A stretch of DNA of 63,936 nucleotides, filler included, from Octopus bimaculoides (Eukaryota), in the NCBI RefSeq assembly GCF_001194135.2. It is 6 parts of 6 records of this genome, joined end to end, with 100 filler letters (N's around TTAATTAATTAA, not from the genome) between each part and the next. Parts side by side here need not be neighbours in the genome. Positions count along the whole stretch, not along the records: positions 21,140 to 39,118 come from NC_068985.1; positions 39,219 to 42,784 come from NC_068996.1; positions 42,885 to 47,839 come from NW_026318687.1; positions 47,940 to 62,002 come from NC_068982.1; 2 more parts are not named here. One strand, 5' to 3'. Below are positions 37,371 to 51,189 of the stretch, in pieces (within the stretch, counting starts at the first letter, position 1; each line of letters starts with the position of its first letter). The notes beneath the pieces were generated by a model. The model did not search any database and was not told the origin of the DNA. It was given only the letters and a program-made list of their open reading frames with translations. Position numbers and translations under genes: made by a program.

Positions 37371-37800
37371 NATGTCTGTCTGTCTACCTATCTCTCTGCC
37401 TGTCTGTCTGTCTACCTATCTCTCTGCCTGTCTGTCTGTCTACCTATCTCTCTGCCTGTCTGTCTGTCTACCTGCCTACCGGTTTGTTTGTATGTCTTTC
37501 TATCTATTGATTGGTCGATGGTTCGATGGTTCGATGCACCTACCTACCTACCTACCTACCTATCTACCTGTCTATCTATCTATCTACCTATCAAACTATC
37601 TATGTTTGTCTGTCAGCCTGTCTATCTGTCTGTCTGTCTGTCTATCTGTCTCTATTGATTGGTCGATGGTTCGATCCATTTACCTACCTACCTACCTACC
37701 TACCTACCTACCTACCTACCTACTTACCTACCTACCTACCTACCTACCTACCTATTTATTTATATTCCCATCTTTCTAGTCACTTGTTTATCTTTCTGTC
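37371..37800. repeat. compound tetranucleotide microsatellite
   Basis: (TCTG)n, (CTAC)n and (CTAT)n, with an internal CTATTGATTGGTCGATGGTTCGAT present twice. Confidence 0.9.
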
Positions 37801-38243
37801 TCTCTGTTTACTCCTCTAACCCTAGCCCTAACCGCTCTCTCTCCTCTCCTCTATCTCAAAAAAAGTAGAAGCTAGAGTCTGTTCCGATCCAAAGGCCCTT
37901 TTGGTCAGAACTTAACTCAATTTCCACAGCATTTAAGTGACTGAAAATATAGAATTTCCCTCTGGATTGTATTTATCAAAAGCCAAAACCTTCACTAAAC
38001 TTACTCCGAGTTTCTCTTTTATTTTCATCTTCAAATCGCCAGACCCAACCAAAAGGCGTCGACGGCTTGAGACTCCAATAATAACCGCAATGATATATTA
38101 AAAATTCATCATAACTTCCTCCGCTCAAGCCCCCTCTTGGCGCGGAGGCCCCCTCTTGGCGCGGAGCCCAATCTGAATAAGTCTGTCTATTACGCTTAAA
38201 ACCGGTCCTGTGTGTGCGTGTGTGTGTGTGCGTGTGTGCGTGC

Positions 38244-38308
<65 letters not shown>

Positions 38309-39080
38309 CACACACTCACATACACACGACTGACTTCTTTCAATTTCTGTCTACCAAATCCACTCATGAGGTTTGGATCGGCCCAGGGCTAGAGTAAAAG
38401 ACAAATTGCCCAAGGAGACGTGTTGAGAGACTGAACCTGAAACCATGTGGTTAGGAAGCAAGCTTCTTACTACACAGGCGTGCCTGCGCCTATAAAATAT
38501 GAGATGCGTACGGAGCCTAGGTTTCCGAAGCAGTCAAACATCTCAGTACTAAGTAGACTCGACGTTGCGTAATCCCAGTGATCGAACGAGAAGCGATGCT
38601 TTCAACCATGATATGGCTGCGTAAATGAGGTGTTTAAAATATATAATGAAAATAAATACAGTCGATTGCCAAACCTTTTGATGATGTAAGGTCACCAGGT
38701 ATTCATCGAGGTGCAGTTTAGTTTCATTCAATGGCGGAGCGGAGTATTGTGTGTTATATTGATCAGTACTCAGCTGGTACTTCAACGCTCAACCTCATGA
38801 AAATTATATGGACGATGTTTTCACAGTGTGTATTTGTATCACACACGCGCGCGCGCGCGCGAGCCCTTATATACGTATGTAAAAAATCCTCTGTTTGTGA
38901 TATAAAAGAATACCTGTGTACCACGTGGTAATTAATTGTTACCAACGTGCTTACAACTTGATGCAAGATTGATTAGATGGGATAATGATGAAAAGATCAT
39001 ACATAATGTATTAAAATTATTTAGGAACTCCATTGTTTGATACTTGTTCTGTTTATGTGTGTGTGTGTGTATGTGTGTGT

Positions 39081-39118
<38 letters not shown>

Positions 39119-39218
39119 NNNNNNNNNNNNNNNNNNNNNNNNNNNNNNNNNNNNNNNNNNNNTTAATTAATTAANNNNNNNNNNNNNNNNNNNNNNNNNN
39201 NNNNNNNNNNNNNNNNNN

Positions 39219-39405
39219 CACGTAAAAGCACCCACTACACTCTCTGAGTGGTTGGCGTTAGGAAGGGCATCCAGCTGTAGAAACTCTGCCAAATTAGATT
39301 GGAGCCTGGTGTAGCCATCCGGTTGCACCAGTCCTCAGTCAAGTCGTCCAACCCATGCTAGCATGGAAAGCGGACGTTAAACAATGATGATAATGATGAT
39401 GATGA

Positions 39406-39408
<3 letters not shown>
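39219..39408 (+). mobile_element. SINE 3' half (family 4)
   Basis: Almost identical to 42-227. Confidence 0.8.
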
Positions 39409-39453
<45 letters not shown>

Positions 39454-39541
39454 ATGCAACCTCATCCTCATGTACACATGCATACATGTAACATAATGCA
39501 TATATATTTAAACATTTATACATATAAGTCTATGTATATAT

Positions 39542-39586
<45 letters not shown>

Positions 39587-40338
39587 CATATAAATATATA
39601 TACATATATATATACATGTATATACATACATATATATATATTTATGTATTACATTTTAACTTCATATGCCTGAAGAGAATGGTCTAATCAAACATTCAAT
39701 TTGTATTATATTATTTAACCCATCATTTCTTTTAAAATTTTAACCTTGTGATTCTATTAACTCTGATGAGAGAACCATAGAATATTGCTATGGTTGGAGT
39801 TAGTTCGCCCATAGCAACCTATGTCTTTTTGAAACGGTTTTGAAACTTTATACATAGACTCAATGCATGTTCCAGACTCCTTATGAATCAGTTTACATCC
39901 GCTTTATCATCCTCTTCATTCAGACTTCACAAGTACATGTGTGGACTTACACCTTTTTATATATTACCATTTATGCATTTGTAAATTTTTATCTGTGGAT
40001 GAATTTTTATATATTTATAAATTTTCGTGTTTATGTATGTATTTATAAATTCTTAGAAATTTTTATATATCATATAGATGAATGCATCTATGTATGCACA
40101 TTGTATACCATGGAGAACTTCGTTAATATGGGTTGAATAAATATATACATCGGCCTTTGAATTTGTTTTCTCCTCTCCTTAATATTACATTCCTGATGCT
40201 CTATCAGAGTGCTATTCGGTTGAGCTGTATAAAGTGAATATCTATATCACTTATTTCTTCATTGTTCTACACACACATATATATATGTACATATATACAT
40301 ATATATACATACAGACATATATATATATACATACATAT

Positions 40339-40411
<73 letters not shown>

Positions 40412-41212
40412 NNNNNNNNNNNNNNNNNNNNNNNNNNNNNNNNNNNNNNNNNNNNNNNNNNNNNNNNNNNNNNNNNNNNNNNNNNNNNNNNNNNNNNNNN
40501 NNNNNNNNNNNNNNNNNNNNNNNNNNNNNNNNNNNNNNNNNNNNNNNNNNNNNNNNNNNNNNNNNNNNNNNNNNNNNNNNNNNNNNNNNNNNNNNNNNNN
40601 NNNNNNNNNNNNNNNNNNNNNNNNNNNNNNNNNNNNNNNNNNNNNNNNNNNNNNNNNNNNNNNNNNNNNNNNNNNNNNNNNNNNNNNNNNNNNNNNNNNN
40701 NNNNNNNNNNNNNNNNNNNNNNNNNNNNNNNNNNNNNNNNNNNNNNNNNNNNNNNNNNNNNNNNNNNNNNNNNNNNNNNNNNNNNNNNNNNNNNNNNNNN
40801 NNNNNNNNNNNNNNNNNNNNNNNNNNNNNNNNNNNNNNNNNNNNNNNNNNNNNNNNNNNNNNNNNNNNNNNNNNNNNNNNNNNNNNNNNNNNNNNNNNNN
40901 NNNNNNNNNNNNNNNNNNNNNNNNNNNNNNNNNNNNNNNNNNNNNNNNNNNNNNNNNNNNNNNNNNNNNNNNNNNNNNNNNNNNNNNNNNNNNNNNNNNN
41001 NNNNNNNNNNNNNNNNNNNNNNNNNNNNNNNNNNNNNNNNNNNNNNNNNNNNNNNNNNNNNNNNNNNNNNNNNNNNNNNNNNNNNNNNNNNNNNNNNNNN
41101 NNNNNNNNNNNNNNNNNNNNNNNNNNNNNNNNNNNNNNNNNNNNNNNNNNNNNNNNNNNNNNNNNNNNNNNNNNNNNNNNNNNNNATATATATATATATA
41201 TATATATAACAT

Positions 41213-41376
41213 GTGACAATTAGTTGTGGCAACACTATTGTTGCCCCAATATATAATAAAGCTTTGAAAGATAGTGGTTTTAGCAAGGAAATAGCCTATA
41301 CACCTGTTATTAGCCGAGTGACAAAGGAAAGGAAAAATAGGAATAGGAAAATTATCTGGTTCACACCACCTTACCC
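41213..41376 (+). mobile_element. Penelope-like element fragment (post-RT linker)
   Basis: APIYNKALKDSGF....RKNRNRKIIWFTPPY matches the PLE IIWFNPPY motif. Confidence 0.75.
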
Positions 41377-41430
41377 CCCATATATATATATGAATATATA
41401 CATACATACATACATACATACATACATACA

Positions 41431-41489
<59 letters not shown>

Positions 41490-42746
41490 AAAGCCATTAA
41501 GATGAAACTAAACACGTCAGTGTGCATATTTGATGATAAATTTATATACATAAATACATGTATGTATGTTCTTTTTAGGAACAGTCTATACATATATTGA
41601 AAGTCGGTCCTTAAGAAGAAAACTATTCATATCAGCTGAAATTTTGGATGAAGTATGTTAGTCACAGAATATGAAGACTTTAAACCAATGACTAGAATTT
41701 ATAGTAATATTTTTAATTAGAATTAAAATTAAAAATAGTGCCAAAAATTCTATTCCTTGACTTTATATACATATATAGCAAATAAGTAACAAGGATGTCA
41801 AAGTATTACTATGCTATACAGCATTTGTAAGTGGTTCCATTTTTTTTCAAACAATGCAAGCATTACATCAGTTTGAAATACACTGCCATCTTCATGTATT
41901 TGGTAGATGTAAACTGAAAGAAACCAGCTGTGTGTGTGTGTGTGCGCGCGCGCGCGCGCATGTGTGTGTTTGTGTGTGTATTTATAGACATGTATGTGTC
42001 TCTGTCTATATAATGTATCTGTATAGTGTGGCGAGGAAAGAAAAAATGATGGTAAAATGTTTGACACCATTGTTGGTAACTGCTAGTTATGACAAGACAA
42101 ATTTGTGGTTACTTCACAGTTGTTATCATGAGAACTCAGCAATGAGACCATTTAGTTGGACTTTGTGGATCATAAAGCTGGTTGCTATTTATGTGGAAAG
42201 TACTGAGTTGCTGGTAAAAACTGTCTCTGAATTGATAATTTCATAGCTGGTTGGCTCTCATTTGTGGCTAAGTTTTAATACTTCATGGGTGGTCTGCTGT
42301 TCATTGTTGCTATGTCTTCATATTTCATAGTATCAATATACTCTGCTGTCAATAGTTGTTATGTCACCTGTGGCTACCACTATCACAGCTACCAGAAACA
42401 CTGTAACTATTCACATATTCAGTATTGACTGGTGTTCTGTAATCTGGTTCTGAACCTCAGGGGTTGAGTGTCAAGTGGGCCTACCCAGCTGGTAAGTTCT
42501 CCACAATGGCCTCCTTAATTAGTATTAGTATTTCTTAGTATGGCACTGGGCTGCATTTTCTTTAGTTAGAAAAGTGATGATGTAGACTCAGCTGTTGATG
42601 CCAGCTTGTGTGGTTTTAAATGGATGCTGACAAAAGCAAACTGCCAACATGTAGATCTACATTTCAATTACTGGGTACCAGGAATATAACAACATGATGT
42701 ATTTGCTACAAACAAACACACACATACATAAACATGTGAGTATGTG

Positions 42747-42784
<38 letters not shown>

Positions 42785-44011
42785 NNNNNNNNNNNNNNNN
42801 NNNNNNNNNNNNNNNNNNNNNNNNNNNNTTAATTAATTAANNNNNNNNNNNNNNNNNNNNNNNNNNNNNNNNNNNNNNNNNNNNTATGGTTATAGAAAGA
42901 TCCATTAGGAAATCTTGATGTATATGGGGAAAAACTTTTGGCAGGGGATTTTTACGGTGTAAACCGGGCGGTGTACATCACTGGGTTTGATTTGATTTGT
43001 TTGTTTACATTCTGAAAGAAAATAACGATGGTAGGTTGCGTACCGTCGATTATTCCTTCACTCTCTTTGATATATGTGTTTCGCTAATAATAGTAGTGTT
43101 GGTGATGGCAATAATGCGACCCTGAAGAGATGGAGTATCCAGCAATTTATAATTTATAATTTATAATTTGTAATTTGTAATATGTTGTAATATGTTATAA
43201 TATTTTATGGGACATTTTATGATGTGGTTTATTTATCCTGGATACTTTATTGAAATGTGCATAGGTTTGGTTTATTGTGGTTGTTTCTGCTATTTTAATT
43301 GTTGCTGCAATAAAGTACCTTCAATGCATCGATTTTGAGCTCCATCTTTTAAGACACACACATACACACNNNNNNNNNNNNNNNNNNNNNNNNNNNNNNN
43401 NNNNNNNNNNNNNNNNNNNNNNNNNNNNNNNNNNNNNNNNNNNNNNNNNNNNNNNNNNNNNNNNNNNNNNNNNNNNNNNNNNNNNNNNNNNNNNNNNNNN
43501 NNNNNNNNNNNNNNNNNNNNNNNNNNNNNNNNNNNNNNNNNNNNNNNNNNNNNNNNNNNNNNNNNNNNNNNNNNNNNNNNNNNNNNNNNNNNNNNNNNNN
43601 NNNNNNNNNNNNNNNNNNNNNNNNNNNNNNNNNNNNNNNNNNNNNNNNNNNNNNNNNNNNNNNNNNNNNNNNNNNNNNNNNNNNNNNNNNNNNNNNNNNN
43701 NNNNNNNNNNNNNNNNNNNNNNNNNNNNNNNNNNNNNNNNNNNNNNNNNNNNNNNNNNNNNNNNNNNNNNNNNNNNNNNNNNNNNNNNNNNNNNNNNNNN
43801 NNNNNNNNNNNNNNNNNNNNNNNNNNNNNNNNNNNNNNNNNNNNNNNNNNNNNNNNNNNNNNNNNNNNNNNNNNNNNNNNNNNNNNNNNNNNNNNNNNNN
43901 NNNNNNNNNNNNNNNNNNNNNNNNNNNNNNNNNNNNNNNNNNNNNNNNNNNNNNNNNNNNNNNNNNNNNNNNNNNNNNNNNNNNNNNNNNNNNNNNNNNN
44001 NNNNNNNNNNN

Positions 44012-44560
44012 ACCATTCACTTTCGACCAAATCATTCATTTTCGACCTATCCATCCATTTTTGACCAAACTATTCATTTTCGACGAAACTTTTTCGATCT
44101 CTTCGGATCAAACGATTCATTTTCGACCAAACTCACTTTAGACGAAATCGACTAAACCATTCATTCTCGACCCGACCAAACTGTTCATTTCCGACCAAAC
44201 CATTCACTTTCTACCAAACCATTCATTTTCGAATAAACTATTCACTTCCGACCAGAGCGTTAACGTCCAATCCATTCACTTCCGACCAAACCATTCACTT
44301 TCGACCAAATCATTCATTTTCGACCTATCCATCCATTTTTGACCAAACCATCCATTTTCGACCAAACCATCCATTTCCGACCAAACCATCCATTTTAGAC
44401 AAAACTATTCACAAACAAGCAATTCATTTTCGACCAATCCATTCACTTCCGACAAAACCATTCACTTTCGACCAAACCATTCATTTTCAACCATATTCAC
44501 TTCCGTCCAAAGTATTCATGACCAAATCATTCACTTCCGACTAAACTATTAACTTTCGAA
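44012..44560. repeat. degenerate ~19-21 bp minisatellite
   Basis: Repeated variants of ACCATTCACTTTCGACCAA(A). Extends into the preceding gap. Confidence 0.85.
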
Positions 44561-45725
44561 TATATTTTAGTCTAAACCAGTAAATAACCATGCTCAAGGT
44601 GATGTTCCACGCATTTATATACATGTATATATACGACAGGCTTCTTTCAGCTTTAGTCTACCAAATCCCCTCATGGTCCGAGGCTGTAGATGAAGGCAAT
44701 TGCCCAAGGTACCACACTGTGAGACTGAACCCGGAACCCTGTGGTTGGTTAGCAAGCTACTTACCACACAGCTAATATATAGTTTGCAATGACTTTCGAA
44801 AAATTCAAATAGAAAGATGGAGCTGTTTTGCTCTGTCTTGTTTTATAGGAACTTCATGGCTCAAATTATTATGTTTTGAAAAGGATTTGATTGGTAGAAG
44901 ATAGTTACCTGACAGGTCTTTAAATTTTTTGTAGGTTCCCCGCTACGTCCGTATGTTAGTATTAAGTGACANNNNNNNNNNNNNNNNNNNNNNNNNNNNN
45001 NNNNNNNNNNNNNNNNNNNNNNNNNNNNNNNNNNNNNNNNNNNNNNNNNNNNNNNNNNNNNNNNNNNNNNNNNNNNNNNNNNNNNNNNNNNNNNNNNNNN
45101 NNNNNNNNNNNNNNNNNNNNNNNNNNNNNNNNNNNNNNNNNNNNNNNNNNNNNNNNNNNNNNNNNNNNNNNNNNNNNNNNNNNNNNNNNNNNNNNNNNNN
45201 NNNNNNNNNNNNNNNNNNNNNNNNNNNNNNNNNNNNNNNNNNNNNNNNNNNNNNNNNNNNNNNNNNNNNNNNNNNNNNNNNNNNNNNNNNNNNNNNNNNN
45301 NNNNNNNNNNNNNNNNNNNNNNNNNNNNNNNNNNNNNNNNNNNNNNNNNNNNNNNNNNNNNNNNNNNNNNNNNNNNNNNNNNNNNNNNNNNNNNNNNNNN
45401 NNNNNNNNNNNNNNNNNNNNNNNNNNNNNNNNNNNNNNNNNNNNNNNNNNNNNNNNNNNNNNNNNNNNNNNNNNNNNNNNNNNNNNNNNNNNNNNNNNNN
45501 NNNNNNNNNNNNNNNNNNNNNNNNNNNNNNNNNNNNNNNNNNNNNNNNNNNNNNNNNNNNNNNNNNNNNNNNNNNNNNNNNNNNNNNNNNNNNNNNNNNN
45601 NNNNNNNNNNNNNNNNNNNNNNNNNNNNNNNNNNNNNNNNNNNNNNNNNNNNNNNNNNNNNNNNNNNNNNNNNNNNNNNNNNNNNNNNNNNNNNNNNNNN
45701 NNNNNNNNNNNNNNNNNNNNNNNNN

Positions 45726-46020
45726 ATAAAATTTCTGAAATCTGTAAGTTGTTCCAATGTGTACGTTCATAGTATTAGGCAGTCATCTAAGTAACGTTTC
45801 CAGTTTTCTTGTAAATATTTGTGGAACTTCAAGCAGTCGGGGCAACTTTTGTCGCCATCGCAGTCCCAGATATTTGTTTGTAAATATTGCCATCGAAGTC
45901 AAATAAGTCGTTTTCGAGGATAAACTTTAATCCGTCTGTGACGAAACTCTTTTCAATTGTGTCGGAATTTTCTGAGTTAATTTTGCAAGCAGGAAACCGA
46001 TAAAAATTTGTAAGATCAAC
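45726..46020 (-). mobile_element. Penelope-like reverse transcriptase fragment
   Basis: LKFILENDLFDFDGNIYKQISGTAMATKVAPT matches the PLE RT motif F-x-G-x-x-Y-x-Q-x-x-GTAMG-x-x-x-AP. The fragment abuts a gap. Confidence 0.85.
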
Positions 46021-46266
46021 CAACCTCTACCAATCAAATGCTACTCAAAACATACTAATTTGAGCCTTGAACTCCCTATAAAACAGAGCAAACTTCAAAC
46101 ACTAGTCAAAAGCAAGACAGCTGCGACACAAGCCACGTGATTCTCTTTGAACGTTTCGAAAATCAGTGTAAGCTGTGATACCGGTTAAAGCTTCAAATAT
46201 TTTTATAAAAAACATTTTAACTATTCTTAGTGCATTTTCAACTTCTATTTACCTATACATGTTCCT

Positions 46267-46316
<50 letters not shown>

Positions 46317-46879
46317 GCTTTCTTAAAAATGTATTTATGTGTGTAAATTACTTTCACAACAAAGAAAAAACGAAAATCTAGGAACAATATCGATTACTAT
46401 CCGTAGATGACAAACCAACTAGACGTACGATCTAAGGTATTATTCGGTACATGTTTATTTAAAACATTATAATTTGTATAGAGATCAAGGGGACTGATGG
46501 TGGGGTGAGTAAGAGAAATTGTCCCTTAAGAAAATCTGTTATGCAGCTTAAAATTCTTGCTCTGCCCGAGAAAGAAACAAATAAAAAGTGATAAAATGAT
46601 AATAGACCCGATATAGATTTAGTTGTTATGTTGTAGTGTGCCATATTTTTATTTCTATGATACTAGTTTTTGTTGCTAATTTTCTCAAAGTCAGAATAGG
46701 GTACGCCTGTCACTCGTAAGAAGTGGAATATAGGGTAAGACAGGGGAGAAATATTTTTGTTAGGTGGGATTTGGATTACGGAAATCATAGAGTAAGTCAG
46801 AGATAAATTATACTTAATCATTTTCAAACGATTTATAATTACATATATGAGTGTGTATGTGTGTGCTTGTGTGTGTTTG

Positions 46880-46932
<53 letters not shown>

Positions 46933-47949
46933 GNNNNNNNNNNNNNNNNNNNNNNNNNNNNNNNNNNNNNNNNNNNNNNNNNNNNNNNNNNNNNNNNNNN
47001 NNNNNNNNNNNNNNNNNNNNNNNNNNNNNNNNNNNNNNNNNNNNNNNNNNNNNNNNNNNNNNNNNNNNNNNNNNNNNNNNNNNNNNNNNNNNNNNNNNNN
47101 NNNNNNNNNNNNNNNNNNNNNNNNNNNNNNNNNNNNNNNNNNNNNNNNNNNNNNNNNNNNNNNNNNNNNNNNNNNNNNNNNNNNNNNNNNNNNNNNNNNN
47201 NNNNNNNNNNNNNNNNNNNNNNNNNNNNNNNNNNNNNNNNNNNNNNNNNNNNNNNNNNNNNNNNNNNNNNNNNNNNNNNNNNNNNNNNNNNNNNNNNNNN
47301 NNNNNNNNNNNNNNNNNNNNNNNNNNNNNNNNNNNNNNNNNNNNNNNNNNNNNNNNNNNNNNNNNNNNNNNNNNNNNNNNNNNNNNNNNNNNNNNNNNNN
47401 NNNNNNNNNNNNNNNNNNNNNNNNNNNNNNNNNNNNNNNNNNNNNNNNNNNNNNNNNNNNNNNNNNNNNNNNNNNNNNNNNNNNNNNNNNNNNNNNNNNN
47501 NNNNNNNNNNNNNNNNNNNNNNNNNNNNNNNNNNNNNNNNNNNNNNNNNNNNNNNNNNNNNNNNNNNNNNNNNNNNNNNNNNNNNNNNNNNNNNNNNNNT
47601 GTATGTATATATATATATATATATATATAAATGAATAAATGCAGAGCAAATGAGGGAGAGAAAGGGAGAGAGAAAGAGAGGGGGAAAGCGTTATGTACAT
47701 ATATATATATATATAAATATATATGTACAGAGAGAGAGAGATGTATATATACATATAGATATACACATATATATATATATATCTGTGTAGGTGCGTGTGT
47801 ACATATTTATACCTGATTGTTAATTATCTGAAAATCTTANNNNNNNNNNNNNNNNNNNNNNNNNNNNNNNNNNNNNNNNNNNNTTAATTAATTAANNNNN
47901 NNNNNNNNNNNNNNNNNNNNNNNNNNNNNNNNNNNNNNNTATATATATA

Positions 47950-50056
47950 TGATCTTTGCAGTTCCGCACGAACAATGAAGTGTATAAATACGATAGCAAT
48001 CACTTTTCGAATTTCTTTATGACTAATGCATCTTCAAACATGAGTATATGAATTAAAGAAAAAGTAATGAAAATATGACACATAATTAATAAATGTAGAA
48101 AATAAACGTAATGATATATCGTTTAAAAATACTGATCTCTTGTCAAAAAAATTTAATGTGTTTTTAGATCAATGTATTCTATTTAAGAATCTTCTGATTA
48201 ATATATTTTATATGTAGAAAAATGCAGTTTCATGCTAGACTTCATATCTCTTTCTACTTGTATCAAATTGTTTTTTGAGACACGTTCGAATATTTCTAAG
48301 TTTTCTTATAGTTGTATTCAAAATATAGTCTCAAATAAATACATGCTATAAAATACATAACTCCACGACGAGGGTGGCATGCTGAACTCGTTGAAATGAT
48401 ATTATTTGTAATATCAAGGTCTCAAAAATCATCATTTTGTTGAACTGAGAAAAATTTTAAAAACTTCAGCAGAAACAAATGGCCGTTCAGAAAGAGGAGA
48501 TAGAGGTACGCCTTTGGTTAAATGAATGTTCAAAACCATTGAGATTCCCTCGTATAAATGAAACATACACAACGATTTTCATTGTACGATACGATGAAGG
48601 CGCGGGGAAAAGTTTGATTTGCCACAATAGATAATTTTCATTACCATGAAACGCATTAGATTGGAACCTGTTAATGTGCTCCAGGAAAACCACCTCTGTA
48701 TTTTCTGTCACTTTATCCAGCAAAACAAAATCGTATTCTAATTTCTTTATAAAATGATATGGCATATTCCAATTTCAAAAGAATTAGACAACCATATCTA
48801 AAATGTTGAATAACGTAGTTTTATTCACTGTCTGGAATTATTAGTCACATGGCGTATATGAATTTAATTCCAGGACACAGCCAGATGTAGCTTAATATGA
48901 TCATCAGATAAGTTAAGTCACGCCCACTTGAAATTGCAATATATCTATAAATAATGCTGATGGTTCTTCTCACTTCGATGTAAATATATATGAAAAAATA
49001 ACATCTTGGGGCTCTATATTCAGTATCGTCTCTCGGCCTTTATTACCTTGTATATATGCCGATTATGCCTATTACCATTGAGTATATTGATTTACTTATA
49101 TAATACTATATGTTTATAAAGAATACACTATATCTGAATCAACATACGATCAAGCAAATTAATCTATTGCAACACTGGTTTATGAATTCCATCTTTTCTA
49201 TGCTTTCACACAACATTATATTCATGTACTCCGAATGTCTTATATTCCAAGGAAATGGGAGTAACTATACGCTGTGATTCAACATTTAAGATATGTCAGT
49301 CCACTTATTTTCAACCCAAATATAACACACTATTTTATGAAAAAACTATAATACGGTTATGATTTTGTGAATAAACTACCATATTAATCAATTTTCTATA
49401 TCGCAAAACATTACAATCAACAACCAAAATAAAATCTCTTCTTTATTTACAACTTCCATTTTTTGTCACAAACAGAAATCAAAGCTATATGTGATATAAT
49501 GAGTTTATGCATTGTGATAGAAGCCAATCTATTAAATACACCAGTGAACTGCAAGAGCTTATACGTGACAATGAAATTTACAGGTAGGATACATAGTGAA
49601 AATATTCCTATATGTGGAATTCGAATTAAAGACCGACAAGTTACTAGTGGTAAACAATGGCCTCTAAATTTTTAATCTTAAAAAAGGAAATGTGCTTCAA
49701 ATATCTGGATCACAATGAAAATTCGCCCATATATTCTTTCTATGACAATTCAGTTTGAGAGACAGGTTTCATTATTTACACCAAATACATGTTTGGAAAT
49801 AGTCTCGGACTGTAAACAAGCGAAGCGCATGTTATCTATACGTATAGTACAATGTTCATTAACGTAAGTTTTACGTCTCTATTTTACCAGTTTTCAACGA
49901 AGTGAATCAAACGAATGAAAGTTAAATGCATTGGCTACGAAGGACATATCGATGTTTAAGCAATTTGTCCGACACACTCCCAGTTCAGTTAACTGTGACT
50001 TCACTTTTAATGATGTTACTAAGTTTGAAACATTGCCAAATTTCAAACAAATTACA
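47950..50056 (-). pseudogene. second decayed LRR (probable TLR) pseudogene, cut off by assembly gaps
   Basis: Acceptor-like ctttattttcag, then hydrophobic LQLGLLSLAVICL. LRR fragments include FIKKLEYDFVLLDKV..INRFQSNAFHG, LNGFEHSFNQ..TSI, DLDITNNIIS, LRLYFEYN, VSKNNLIQV and EYIDLK. Many stops; no TIR seen. Confidence 0.6.
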
Positions 50057-51189
50057 GCCAAAGACAACAAACCTAATTGCAAGCCTGAAAATAAAGAATT
50101 GCAAATAAATTATATAACAGAAAATTTGATAAGAAATAAAAAAAGACAACTTTGAAAATATCGTTTCGTAGTTGTCACTTTATATAAATTATATTTGTTA
50201 TAAGTATAGAATAGTTTTATTCAGTTAATCAATAGACAATTGGCTTTACACATTTAGATAGTTTTCCGTTTCTATTTTTAATAATTGAGTTATTAATTCA
50301 GTAGACATGTGCCATGTATACAATTTAGATTCTCTATTTAACTGGCGATAGGAAGTAAATTTCATAAAACATACTCAAATAATTCCATCTTACAAACATC
50401 GCTAATTGCCTTTTAAACGAGATGAATATGATACATTTCATTCCCTCTATATTGAATATACTGCCCTCCAAATACAAGCAAATTCCTCAATGTACCTTTT
50501 AAGAAATAACAGCAGTACATTCAAACGTCGTAATGATTCTTTATAAAGATTTAATGTGAGGACTTAATGAGTGGTTCGAGATAACCACAATTCCGTATTA
50601 CATCGAATTTATTGCGCACTTCAAGACAGATAGGGAAATACTCTACTTATTTTTTTCTGAGATAAATACAATACTTTAGACATGAAAAACAGAAAATATG
50701 GATCTAAACAGCATTAAGCCAATAACAGATTATATAAACTCTGTCTGGACTTCCAATTTGTTTTGTATATACTAAAAAACCGCCCAGTTCCTATAACCAA
50801 GGACGCCATCCAGACATTGTGCTTACATGGCTTTCACACGAAAAGACATAGTAAATGTGAATGATTAACCGACATTTTAGAAAACAAATATTGTAACCCT
50901 AAGACTGAGTGAAATTAGACATGAAATCGCAATTAAAGCAACAAACAAATTTACGCTAATAAGACCCTGTTACACCATAACTCTCAAATCGCACGAAATG
51001 TTTAAGTAAACATCACACTTATATAGACATCTAAACAACAACAGCACTATAGCAATAATAATATTTGCAGCTCCAGACACCGATCTGATGTATTGCACAA
51101 ACAATAACAATTCACATATTATGATTATCTCTCTTCCACAGGGATAAAAAATTAATATGCATTAATACATTAGATTTTGAGAGCGTAAA

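Noticed and set aside
42100-42720. Possible LINE ORF1 or coding remnant on the minus strand
   Set aside because: There is only one vague motif (ITFLTKENAAQC) among many stops, so the call is unsupported.
34417-44560. CRISPR-like arrays
   Set aside because: The units are contiguous tandem repeats without unique spacers, in a eukaryotic context with no cas genes.
9333-47766. Long ORFs of 200-440 aa in the ORF track
   Set aside because: They consist almost entirely of X from N-gaps plus dinucleotide-repeat peptides.
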